Shown one piece after another: positions 1 to 9,327 of a DNA stretch of 64,000 nt. Source of the stretch: an uncultured Candidatus Saccharibacteria bacterium. Its GTDB lineage: Bacteria; Patescibacteriota; Minisyncoccia; Ryanbacterales; GWA2-47-10b. Numbering within the stretch: the stretch's first letter is position 1; every line of letters begins with the position of its first letter. A program made the translations under genes and the position numbers. Location: the NCBI GenBank assembly GCA_964356915.1, contig CAYHJF010000002.1, forward strand, positions 148,522 to 212,521, given 5' to 3'. Below the pieces are notes generated by a model. It ran no database searches and had not been told where the DNA came from. It saw nothing but the letters and a program-made list of their open reading frames with translations.

Positions 1-1166
1 CCTGCTGCACTAACTCGCCAGAATAAATACCCAACAAAAAGTGCGACTACTGGGGCGACCATCAAGCCATAGCGTACATTAAAAAGCGTCCACTCAAATG
101 TTGCTGGCGTAAGATGTGGGATAAAAATAACCGACTGCCCCAAGAAAAGTGTCGTTACGTTGAACACAAGCGGAGCGCTTAACACAAATAAAACAATCAA
201 TCGATGAGGAGTCTTGCGATCCTTCACATACAACCAGAAACCAACAATCGCGAGAGCAAATATCAAAACACCATTATTGCTCATTGCCGTCACAAAATAA
301 TACAAAAATGCAGAAATCGGGTTGTGATATGAAGGTAACTCACCTCTTGTCTTCCATGATTGTTGCTGGGACTTTGCGGAAAATTCGCTGTTTGTAAAAT
401 AAAGTGGATCACCAAGAATCAAAAAATCCCACATGAGCCAGAGAAAAATACCAAAAAACGCAAGCGAGGCGAAAAGAATAATTCTTCCCTGAGCCTTAGA
501 CCAATCTTTACGATTTGGTAAATAATAAAATCCTATGGCCGCTGCTTCAAACAGCACTAGAAACCATCCATCATATCGTGTAAGCACTGAAGCAAACCCA
601 AATAATGCAGCCATTAAAAGCGACGTAAGCTCTTCTTTTTGCTGTAAAAATTTTACAAAGAAATAAACCGAGAGGGTCTGAAACATAATCAAAAGCATCT
701 CTGTCATTGGCGTTGCCTGCATATACAGCGCATTTGGATTTGAGATAAAAACCAACGAAGCGATAAACCCAGCCCACTTATTTTCTGTAAATAGCATCGT
801 GAGTCGATATATAAAGACAGTAGAAACAACAAAAGCAAATCCCGATACTATAGATCCTGCAAGACCCGTTCGCCAGAGCCAATTAAAATATACAAAAGGT
901 GCCATCAAAAGATGTGGTAATGGAAGCCAAATACCTCCGAGCTGAGCAAATCCTGGAGTTAAACTATCAACTACGCGCTTTGCGATATTGAGGTGAGATT
1001 CTGCATCTCCATAGGCGACAATTACATCCTTTACGTAGGCCCATATAATCGCCGCAATGCTCATAACAATCGCGAAACGCTTCACAACACGCTCAAGATC
1101 AAGTGAACGACCCCAGGCAGTTATACGCTCAATGCGTTCTCGTTGAATTGTAATCACAAGATTCAT
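1..1166 (-). CDS. GT-C (ArnT/GT39-like) membrane glycosyltransferase, runs off window edge
   Basis: Not in the ORF track. Manual translation from ATG 1166 gives AYGDAESHLNIAKRVVDSLTPGFAQLGGIWLPLPHLLM...TRYDGWF, multi-TM. ATGA overlap with the upstream gene. Confidence 0.75.
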   Translation of the reverse strand, partial: MNLVITIQRERIERITAWGRSLDLERVVKRFAIVMSIAAIIWAYVKDVIVAYGDAESHLNIAKRVVDSLTPGFAQLGGIWLPLPHLLMAPFVYFNWLWRTGLAGSIVSGFAFVVSTVFIYRLTMLFTENKWAGFIASLVFISNPNALYMQATPMTEMLLIMFQTLSVYFFVKFLQQKEELTSLLMAALFGFASVLTRYDGWFLVLFEAAAIGFYYLPNRKDWSKAQGRIILFASLAFFGIFLWLMWDFLILGDPLYFTNSEFSAKSQQQSWKTRGELPSYHNPISAFLYYFVTAMSNNGVLIFALAIVGFWLYVKDRKTPHRLIVLFVLSAPLVFNVTTLFLGQSVIFIPHLTPATFEWTLFNVRYGLMVAPVVALFVGYLFWRVSAA

Positions 1167-2701
1167 AGTTTCTTTTCCTCAAATAACGGCAATATAAAAA
1201 GAACGACAGCAAAGACCATCGCTACAAGGGCCAGAATCATATAATAATACTGCTCCAAGGAAATGCCTTGATGAACAAAATAATGATTAAACAAAAAACT
1301 GCTACTTTCTTGTTTCTGAAAATATTCAAAAGCACGAGCAATACCATAGCGCGCACCTAATGGATCGGCCTCAATCTTGGGAGGCACCGCATTTGTCGTA
1401 AGCGCGCCCATGAGGCTTACCGCGGAAGAATATATTATAAACAAGAAAGCAGTCATGCGTCCCGTCCACTTCCACGATGCATGAGAAAGAAAATCAGCAA
1501 TAAAGAGACTTAATACGGCCATTGTTGGTATCAGATAACGCGGACCAAATGCCCAGCCCCCCCACGGATCACCCCAACTAGAATACAAAAAAACGTTGAT
1601 ACCGATGAGCGAGTACAAAATACCAAGCTCCAAGTTAACCCGTCCAGCACTCATGAATAACCCAAGAATGCCCAGCAAAAAAATAGGAGCGTACAAAAAT
1701 AGACCTCTATCACGCGAAAACATCAATACATTAAACCCGCGCGCGAGTTTTTCCTCTGCAAAAAACCGTACGATATTACTTTTACGTGTTGCCAGCTCTT
1801 TAAGTTTTTCTTTGCCCCCATCATCCTGAATAATGTTCTCTTCGATAATAGATTTGTATCCAACCAAGCTACCGCTTAATCTTTTCCAACTACCAAATTC
1901 TTGATGGTTATAATAACCATGTAACGCAATCAACATAATAAATATTACTGATGTAAGAAAAAAAGTTGGGCGCGCATTAATTTTCAATCCTTCATCATTC
2001 AATCTATATTTAACCGAAACAATAAAGAAATAAATAATAACGGGAAAGATTAAGAGTGCATTCGGATAGTCAATCGCAATACCGTACCCAAAACAGAACC
2101 AGACATAGACTCCCCAAAACCATGACCACCGACCGGCATCCTTGTATCGCCATACGGCATAAAAAGATGACAGAATAAAGAATGTAGTCACATGGTGTTG
2201 GTACAATGTAATAGCATAGCTCCATGAAGAAGCCGCAAACCCAAAAATTAATGCCGCGAGCAGCGCCAACGCAACAGACAAGTTAAGAATCTTACGCCCA
2301 ATTAGAAAAAGAAAAACTAAATTTAAAATCGCAAATAAAGAAATAACGGAGAAAGCACCGACTTGAGCAACCTGATAGCTCTTCCCAATCAAGTAGAATG
2401 GAAGCGCTAACAGTGAGATACCGGGCGCGAAATATACATAGAATCTACCTTCATAATATCCAACGTCTGGATAAGCCGCATCCGCAAGCTCTTTTGAAAG
2501 AGCAAAGGATTTATTCTCTGCTAATGACACGGTGAGCAGATAACGCCCACGCTCAGGCGAAAGCTCAAGAGGCTTTGTTGTCTGGTCAAGATTATTTTTT
2601 ACTTCACTCGATGCAAAATTGCCATATACGCCGCGCAAAGTAAGTCCGTAAAGCACGGCACCAAAGAAAATCAGAAATAATATCGCAAATACATTTTTCA
2701 T
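1163..2701 (-). CDS. Polytopic membrane protein, probable GT-C glycosyltransferase
   Basis: Many TM segments; motifs YFAPGISLLALPF, GLFLYAP, WGGWAFGPRYLIP. Confidence 0.7.
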   Translation of the reverse strand: MKNVFAILFLIFFGAVLYGLTLRGVYGNFASSEVKNNLDQTTKPLELSPERGRYLLTVSLAENKSFALSKELADAAYPDVGYYEGRFYVYFAPGISLLALPFYLIGKSYQVAQVGAFSVISLFAILNLVFLFLIGRKILNLSVALALLAALIFGFAASSWSYAITLYQHHVTTFFILSSFYAVWRYKDAGRWSWFWGVYVWFCFGYGIAIDYPNALLIFPVIIYFFIVSVKYRLNDEGLKINARPTFFLTSVIFIMLIALHGYYNHQEFGSWKRLSGSLVGYKSIIEENIIQDDGGKEKLKELATRKSNIVRFFAEEKLARGFNVLMFSRDRGLFLYAPIFLLGILGLFMSAGRVNLELGILYSLIGINVFLYSSWGDPWGGWAFGPRYLIPTMAVLSLFIADFLSHASWKWTGRMTAFLFIIYSSAVSLMGALTTNAVPPKIEADPLGARYGIARAFEYFQKQESSSFLFNHYFVHQGISLEQYYYMILALVAMVFAVVLFILPLFEEKKL

Positions 2702-3897
2702 ATAATCCCCCTCTTTGAAAGCACCTTATACAAACGATTTTTATTGTAGGCGCCATCAAAATACGTAACTCCATCTCGAATGCGCCGGAAAAAACTGATC
2801 TTTTCTGACTTTAAAAGTACGTCTCGCAAAACTTGCTGTAATTCCTCGTCTTGATTTTTGCGCTCCAGTTCGCAAAGGCTTGCCTCAAGGTGCACGCGCA
2901 CACCTGGAGAGCGTGCATCAATTTTACAAACTGCGCGCAAATCTAATGGTCGTGTAAAGGCTCCTGATTTATCTAAAACATTGGCAACTCGCAATTCAAT
3001 CATCGTACGTAAACATTTTTCACATGCACCACAATTATATTTACCGGCTACATTCTTATAGCATACCCTTAAATGCTCTAAAGCGTTATCGGAATTAGCA
3101 ATATATCGAGAAACCTTCTGAACACGGTTCGCTTCATTGCCATCATGAATAATTTTTGTAGCCTCTGTAGACCACAAAGGATCTAGCGCTGGGTGCGAAC
3201 CCCAAGGGAAAAGCTGCTCATAAGAATCAGTTGATGGTATATAAACCCTCTTTAACCCCGCTCTCAACATCAGTGCAACACCGCAGAGAGCTCCGCCATG
3301 TCCCCAATCCCAACTAATCATTTCATCCAAAATCTCTCGAATATTAGTACGCAAAAATATAACCTCTACATCCTCTGCCTCCGCAATTTTTCGAATACGT
3401 GCGGAAGTTTCCTCAAAAAGAGCTTTATTTAATAGATCAATATCAAAACCGTGCACAAAAATTAAATGAGTTATTTTTTCACCACCCTCTTTCTTATTTT
3501 TTAAAAAAGTATAAAAAGAATCCACCCCACCTGAGAAAAATGCACCTATGCACGTTGGCGAATAAGCACTGTCGTTGAAACTTCCTCTTGTATAGATCCG
3601 ACTATTAGAGTCGCGCCTGAATCCCCAAGAATTGTAAACTTCCTCGATCGATCTTAGGTTCTGATAATTTCTAGCATTAACTTGACCATCAATAATTAAG
3701 TCAAATCCTTTATTAGCAAACGCTGGGAAAAAACAAGCAAGAAAAATACTGGCATCAGATGCAAGGAAGGATTCGTATTTTTCATCAACTTCAAAATAGA
3801 GCTCTTTTTTCTTCCCAAAACCAAGTAGATCCGCTGAAAGCGCTACTGTCCCGTGTTTATTTGTTGTAATAATATTTTGTATTGTTATTGAATTCAT
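2698..3897 (-). CDS. PP-loop (N-type ATP pyrophosphatase) protein with Cys cluster, glycan-modification candidate
   Basis: FFSGGVDSFYT PP-loop; VC...NCGACEKC. Confidence 0.65.
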   Translation of the reverse strand: MNSITIQNIITTNKHGTVALSADLLGFGKKKELYFEVDEKYESFLASDASIFLACFFPAFANKGFDLIIDGQVNARNYQNLRSIEEVYNSWGFRRDSNSRIYTRGSFNDSAYSPTCIGAFFSGGVDSFYTFLKNKKEGGEKITHLIFVHGFDIDLLNKALFEETSARIRKIAEAEDVEVIFLRTNIREILDEMISWDWGHGGALCGVALMLRAGLKRVYIPSTDSYEQLFPWGSHPALDPLWSTEATKIIHDGNEANRVQKVSRYIANSDNALEHLRVCYKNVAGKYNCGACEKCLRTMIELRVANVLDKSGAFTRPLDLRAVCKIDARSPGVRVHLEASLCELERKNQDEELQQVLRDVLLKSEKISFFRRIRDGVTYFDGAYNKNRLYKVLSKRGII

Positions 3898-5114
3898 ATG
3901 TTAGAAAATACTTTTTCCCAACGATTACGTTCGGCGATCTGGATTTCTGCCACCCTTTTATTTAGCGACTCCGATAGCATTGCCCGCGCTTCGTATGCTT
4001 TCTGTAGCAAATTATACAAAGCATCAACGGTTACCGCTTCACACGAAATAACATAGTCTTGCATCCCCAAATCCTCCCCGATACCTTCTGTTTTATATTC
4101 ATAGCTAATAGCAACAAATGGTATGCCCTGCGTTGCGGCAATAATATTCGAATGCATCCGCATCCCAAGCAATAATTCTAAACGACCGTAAGTATCTATG
4201 GCATCATCGACATCTTTCACAAAATGAACTGGCAATAAATTCACACCTAACTTTTCCAACTTACCCATAACACGTCTCACTACCCGTTCGTCGTCCTCTT
4301 CAATAAGTGTTGTGCTTACTTGCACAATAGGCTGGACATGCATGCCCCTCACCTTACAGAAAGTAGCCAAAGCTCTAACCACCTCCTCTTCAAAAAAAGA
4401 CTGTCGCTGCTTAGGCAACCAATTTCTCAATGTTAAACCAAGAACAAGATTTTCCCTTTTTGTAAGTAGTCGCTTCGACCCTAAGAGCGCGGAATCAAAA
4501 CCACGCCTTATATTAGAAAGTCTGTAACTTTCGAGCTTATGGTAAGAATAACCCTCACGCAAAATAACAAGGTTTAAATAAGACAAGGCTATAGCTGAAA
4601 TACGCTCTTGCCATTTATAATAAAATGGACCAAAGCTTATTGGCATTACAATAACTTTTTTACAAAGCAACCTAGCAGTGTAGATCATCAAAAGTTGCAT
4701 CATTAGATTTAGAGTCTGCTTGACCCCACTTTTTGACCGTAAATAACCTCCTCCGGGGAAAACTATTAGATCTGCCTGGGCATAATCATCAAGTAAATCT
4801 GCTAAATATGACTTCTTTGGTAAGCTAAAACTAAGTTGATAAAAAAATAGACGAACTAAAAATTCAAAGAACCTTAAAAAACGAACTCCTGCTTTAGGAT
4901 TATCAAAAACAACCCAAGAATATATTGTATGTTTAAGTGAACTAGCAAAAGAACTATCAGTATATAAATTTGGATCACTACTATGAACTACTGGCCGTAC
5001 GGATGGAAAAATATTTCTCAGCAGCTCTATTTCACTCAACAAAATAGCCTGATCTCCAGGATTTCTTGGACCAGTTGCGTGAGGAATCAAAATTTTTTTT
5101 ATTTCGTAGCTCAT
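3894..5114 (-). CDS. Polysaccharide pyruvyl transferase (WcaK/CsaB-like)
   Basis: NPGDQAIL, PGGGYL, SFGPF, ILRE, GMRMHSNI, ISYEYK. Confidence 0.85.
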   Translation of the reverse strand: MSYEIKKILIPHATGPRNPGDQAILLSEIELLRNIFPSVRPVVHSSDPNLYTDSSFASSLKHTIYSWVVFDNPKAGVRFLRFFEFLVRLFFYQLSFSLPKKSYLADLLDDYAQADLIVFPGGGYLRSKSGVKQTLNLMMQLLMIYTARLLCKKVIVMPISFGPFYYKWQERISAIALSYLNLVILREGYSYHKLESYRLSNIRRGFDSALLGSKRLLTKRENLVLGLTLRNWLPKQRQSFFEEEVVRALATFCKVRGMHVQPIVQVSTTLIEEDDERVVRRVMGKLEKLGVNLLPVHFVKDVDDAIDTYGRLELLLGMRMHSNIIAATQGIPFVAISYEYKTEGIGEDLGMQDYVISCEAVTVDALYNLLQKAYEARAMLSESLNKRVAEIQIAERNRWEKVFSNI

Positions 5115-6022
5115 CTTAATTCCTTCGATGACCTAGCAATATCCCATTTACTCCGCGTTGACTGCACATTAACAGGCAACAAGCGAGTTAATAACATTGC
5201 AAAACAATAATACAAAAAATAAATAGGGTGAGACACGAAGGTGCTTATAGTAAACTTTAATTTCAGTACAAGAGGAACCCTAAACTGCTCATCAATAAAT
5301 GCCTCTGAAAAATATTGAGAAAAAACTATTTTTGAATGCACAAAACGCTGGCTTTGTTTTAAATAGTCAAAGAAATTATCAGGAGATCGAAACATTACAA
5401 CAGCACTCTTCTGATAAGAAAAAGAATATTCTTGAGAGCGGCAACGCAAATAAGAGTAAACATCTTCTCCAACAACATCAACTGGCCACTTTAGCGTACT
5501 GGTAAATTCTTTTGAAAAGGCGCGAGCCGCTCCGCGACATAAATACAAATTATCTCTATTATTCATATTCAAAAATATATTCTCACGGAAATAAAAACCA
5601 AACGACATAACACGCTCAAAAAAAGTACCTCCCATCTGCGGCGACAAAGCAGCGCCTACAATACCTATATTCTCATTAGTATAAAATGGTTTTACTATTT
5701 CTCGTAAAAAATATTCGTTTGTTGGCAAAACGTCTGCATTCAACAAAACCAGAATATCGCCTTGAAAAAGTTTGAGAATATCATTTTGCCGCTCAGCCTG
5801 GCCTTTTCGATCTTTATTATCAACAACAAAAATTTTATCTGATGTTATAGACCGAGCCTCCACAACAGTCTTATCACTACTCCCATCTGAAATTACGATA
5901 ACTTCTTTCAGAACAAATCCTTCCTCTTTCTGACCTAAAAGAGCCGACAAGAGACGCTTGATGTTTGCCTCTTCATTGTAGGCGGGAATACCAATTGAAA
6001 GTGTAAAAAGATTCTTATTCAT
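5111..6022 (-). CDS. Glycosyltransferase family 2
   Basis: IGIPAYNEE, SDGSSDKT, LNAD, GED. Confidence 0.9.
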   Translation of the reverse strand: MNKNLFTLSIGIPAYNEEANIKRLLSALLGQKEEGFVLKEVIVISDGSSDKTVVEARSITSDKIFVVDNKDRKGQAERQNDILKLFQGDILVLLNADVLPTNEYFLREIVKPFYTNENIGIVGAALSPQMGGTFFERVMSFGFYFRENIFLNMNNRDNLYLCRGAARAFSKEFTSTLKWPVDVVGEDVYSYLRCRSQEYSFSYQKSAVVMFRSPDNFFDYLKQSQRFVHSKIVFSQYFSEAFIDEQFRVPLVLKLKFTISTFVSHPIYFLYYCFAMLLTRLLPVNVQSTRSKWDIARSSKELR

Positions 6023-6926
6023 ACGCTCTCCCTAAATTCTTTGTGGACAACGACACCCTCCAAAGCGGGTTTGCGGAGCCCCATAAAAAAGCGTGAAATC
6101 GTGCCCCAATATGCATTGCGCTATACGCGCCTACAAGTGTTGGAGATTCCCAGCCCGCCCGTACTAGAGCAATGAAATATTTTCTATGTGGAAAGTACTT
6201 ATGTCTTGCGATAACATCCGCAGATACATACTTTTGAAGTTGTTTATGGCTTGCAGCAAAACGTGCATACTTGTGAAAATAATCAAATACTGTCCCCGCG
6301 GAACGATAATATGTCACCGCGTCACCTTCAAACATCGTACGAAATCCAAGCTCTTTTGCTTTTAAAAATGTAAGTGCATCTTCAGGAGCATCAGGCATAA
6401 AACGCATCCTCTTTGCAAAAGACCGCGACAACGCTTTCCCAGAATGACAGAGAAAAAAATCACTCTCTACATTTTCCATGCATATGCGTTTCTTAACGCG
6501 ATCGGCGAGAGTCAGAGATCTTTCAATAAACCCTCCTCCTGACTGCGCCACGGAAAGCCCGAATACAAGATCTGCCGTACAGCTCCAAATCGGGTACGTA
6601 AGCAATGCAAGATAATCAACAGTCTCAAGCCTTGTGTCTGCTTCAAGAAATATAAGTGCATCGCTTTCAAATATTCCAAGAATTTCATTTTGACACTGCG
6701 CCTGACCAACACGTACATCTCTTTCGATCAAACGAACACGTACATCTGGCACCCCTCGAACAATATCTGCCGTTTCATCAGTACTTCCATCTGAAACAAC
6801 GATAATCTCTTTGATCATAAAATGTGGCGTTCGCTGAGTGCGCACCTCCTCAATAAGACGGGCGATATTCCCTTCTTCATTGTAAGCTGAAATGCCAATT
6901 GAAACGGTCAGCAGATTATTTTCCAT
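6015..6926 (-). CDS. Glycosyltransferase family 2 (paralogue of the adjacent GT2)
   Basis: Likely start MENNLL at 6926; ISAYNEE, SDGSTDET, LEAD, PED. Confidence 0.85.
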   Translation of the reverse strand: MENNLLTVSIGISAYNEEGNIARLIEEVRTQRTPHFMIKEIIVVSDGSTDETADIVRGVPDVRVRLIERDVRVGQAQCQNEILGIFESDALIFLEADTRLETVDYLALLTYPIWSCTADLVFGLSVAQSGGGFIERSLTLADRVKKRICMENVESDFFLCHSGKALSRSFAKRMRFMPDAPEDALTFLKAKELGFRTMFEGDAVTYYRSAGTVFDYFHKYARFAASHKQLQKYVSADVIARHKYFPHRKYFIALVRAGWESPTLVGAYSAMHIGARFHAFLWGSANPLWRVSLSTKNLGRAYE

Positions 6927-9327
6927 ACAAAATCTCCAGACACTCGGCTGATTTTTCATCCCACCCAAAATGACTTGCCCATAATACTGCTTCTCGTTCC
7001 ATGCCAGTACGGACTTCGCGACCATGGATAAGTTCGGAAATTTTTTCTGCAAACGCCTTGGCATCACCGTGCGGAACCAAATAACCAGTATGCGGGTTCC
7101 GTACTGAATCACGTAAACCCGGAACATCTGCGGCAACGACCGCTACTCCACATGCATTTGCTTCTATTGTTGTAATACCCCACCCCTCCATAAATGAGGG
7201 ATTTACAAAAACCCATGCGCGCTGTAACAAGCGCGTCTTTTCAGAGTCAGAAATACCTCCAGCGAATCGTACACTCTGACTAATTCCAAGTGTGCGCGTT
7301 AAATCTTTCAGTACCATCTCCTCCTCTCCTCGACCTGCAATCACCAATTCGGCTTCAGGAAATTTATGGACTACATACTTAAACGCGCGAAGAAGTACAT
7401 CGACAGATTTATATTTCTTGAGCCGGCCAACGTACACGACTAAGGGATGATCGCTCTTCTCACCCGGCCTCAACCGCGCGAGATCAACTCCAGGATGTAC
7501 CACTGAAATACGCGCCCCTCGAATACCCAGAAATCGCTCCATTCCTTTCTTTGTAGACTCAGAAATAGTGATAAATTCAACTCCTCGATATGCCCACGGC
7601 ATTACGGTGTTTTCAAGAAAGGCCGCAAAAAGCGCAAGAACTCTTGGTAACGAATGATAAAAAACATCTTGATGAACATGGAATAAAAGCGAATAAACTT
7701 TTTCCTTTGCGTATAGCGGAGCAAAAAATGGCACGCCGTTCTGACAGTCAACAATAATATCAAATTGCCCTCGAAAACGAAGTAGATAATAGAAAAATGC
7801 CCACACATACACAAAGTAAAACCCACCGCGCCGAATAATTCTTACCCCATCTATTTCTTCTTCGCGCTTTGATTTACCATCATTACCACAAAAAATTGTA
7901 ACGCTATTACCTGTAGCAACCCAACGCTTCGCAAATTCATGAATATGAATTTCAGCGCCTCCTGCAAATGCATGTTTGGTATCACGCCAATTAAAAATCA
8001 AAATACGCTTACCTGACTCTAGCGCCGGACGCTCACTCCGAAATGGTCGCGCGATATCAACAAGATCAATCAGCGCCCGTAAAATAAACTTTCCATTACG
8101 GAGTAATATGTGTAGCACCGTCATTACACCAAGCGTCAACACGCTTGAAAAAAGCATAACGTTTGAAATTGCAACGATAGAACTGTGCGATCGCATGATC
8201 CCAAGCGCCATCACGCACGCCATAACAAGCATTGTAAATGGAAACAGATAATGTTTGCGTGCAAGATGATACGCATTAAAGGCGCTGGCAAGCGTAAGAC
8301 ATGTGATCGCAAGCGCATACGTAGGCAAATACGGTAAAATGCCAAGCGCTCGCTCGCCGAGCAGTATGGGCACAATTTTACTGCCAAAAATACCAAGGGC
8401 GCTATACGCTCCAAACGTTAATACGCATGCCCCGGCAAAAATACGATAAAAGATTTTATTTGGATTCTTATGTGCGCCCTCAGCATTTGCAATAAACGTA
8501 ATCATGAATCCATTGAGCAACGAACCAAAAAAATAAATCATTTTCCCAACAAGAGACAATAAAGCATACTGACCCGCGAGTTCTGGATTGAGATAATGTT
8601 TGGCAAGCACTAAATCAAATGTTAAATATGCAATACCAGAAAATCCTGAAATAAACGAAGCTATGTAGAAAGTTTTTGGAAATACGAGTGGCTTTTCAAT
8701 ATCCTCGTCTTCTAACCGACGAGCCGCGCGCGATGCAAACCATTGCGCAACAAAAAGCCCCGCGATAAGTGAAGTAGGAAAAGACAATACAACCCACTCT
8801 CTCAATCCTCTCTCGACTAATATATATACAACGCCCAGTTTAACGATCGCTTCGACAAAAATCGCAAACCCAACTGCGGCAAAAAAGAACTGCCCTTGCA
8901 AGAACCCCTTACTCGCTGATGTGATAATAATAACCGGTAACACAAGCGCGAAAAGGCCAAGCACCCATGTATGCTCAATATGAAAAAACGCTCCTAACGC
9001 AGGAACAACGGCAAACCAAACAAGCGCCACCCCAAGCGATACAAAAAATGCTCTTCGCTGAATACGGCGAAAAAAAACAACGCTTGCCGATGCATGCCCC
9101 TCTCCAACTTCATATGAGGTTACATAATTAACAGTCGCCCCAAGCGCACCCGCCGCAATACCAATGAGCAATAATAATGTTCCAAAGAGCGTCAGTACAC
9201 CAAACTCTTCTGGAGCAAGTCTCCTACCGAGATATGCGTTAAAAACAAAATTCAAAAAATTTGCACCCATAAGTGCGCCCGTAAGAAATGCTCCTCCAGA
9301 AATTAGGCGCACAAATTGCTTTTTCAT
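6916..9327 (-). CDS. Wzx-like flippase fused to GT4 glycosyltransferase
   Basis: N-terminal multi-TM MOP-like part (LGRRLAPEEFG, AGQYALLS); C-terminal GT-B with GGAE, YVGRL, PSFMEGWGITTIEA. Confidence 0.85.
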   Translation of the reverse strand: MKKQFVRLISGGAFLTGALMGANFLNFVFNAYLGRRLAPEEFGVLTLFGTLLLLIGIAAGALGATVNYVTSYEVGEGHASASVVFFRRIQRRAFFVSLGVALVWFAVVPALGAFFHIEHTWVLGLFALVLPVIIITSASKGFLQGQFFFAAVGFAIFVEAIVKLGVVYILVERGLREWVVLSFPTSLIAGLFVAQWFASRAARRLEDEDIEKPLVFPKTFYIASFISGFSGIAYLTFDLVLAKHYLNPELAGQYALLSLVGKMIYFFGSLLNGFMITFIANAEGAHKNPNKIFYRIFAGACVLTFGAYSALGIFGSKIVPILLGERALGILPYLPTYALAITCLTLASAFNAYHLARKHYLFPFTMLVMACVMALGIMRSHSSIVAISNVMLFSSVLTLGVMTVLHILLRNGKFILRALIDLVDIARPFRSERPALESGKRILIFNWRDTKHAFAGGAEIHIHEFAKRWVATGNSVTIFCGNDGKSKREEEIDGVRIIRRGGFYFVYVWAFFYYLLRFRGQFDIIVDCQNGVPFFAPLYAKEKVYSLLFHVHQDVFYHSLPRVLALFAAFLENTVMPWAYRGVEFITISESTKKGMERFLGIRGARISVVHPGVDLARLRPGEKSDHPLVVYVGRLKKYKSVDVLLRAFKYVVHKFPEAELVIAGRGEEEMVLKDLTRTLGISQSVRFAGGISDSEKTRLLQRAWVFVNPSFMEGWGITTIEANACGVAVVAADVPGLRDSVRNPHTGYLVPHGDAKAFAEKISELIHGREVRTGMEREAVLWASHFGWDEKSAECLEILYGK

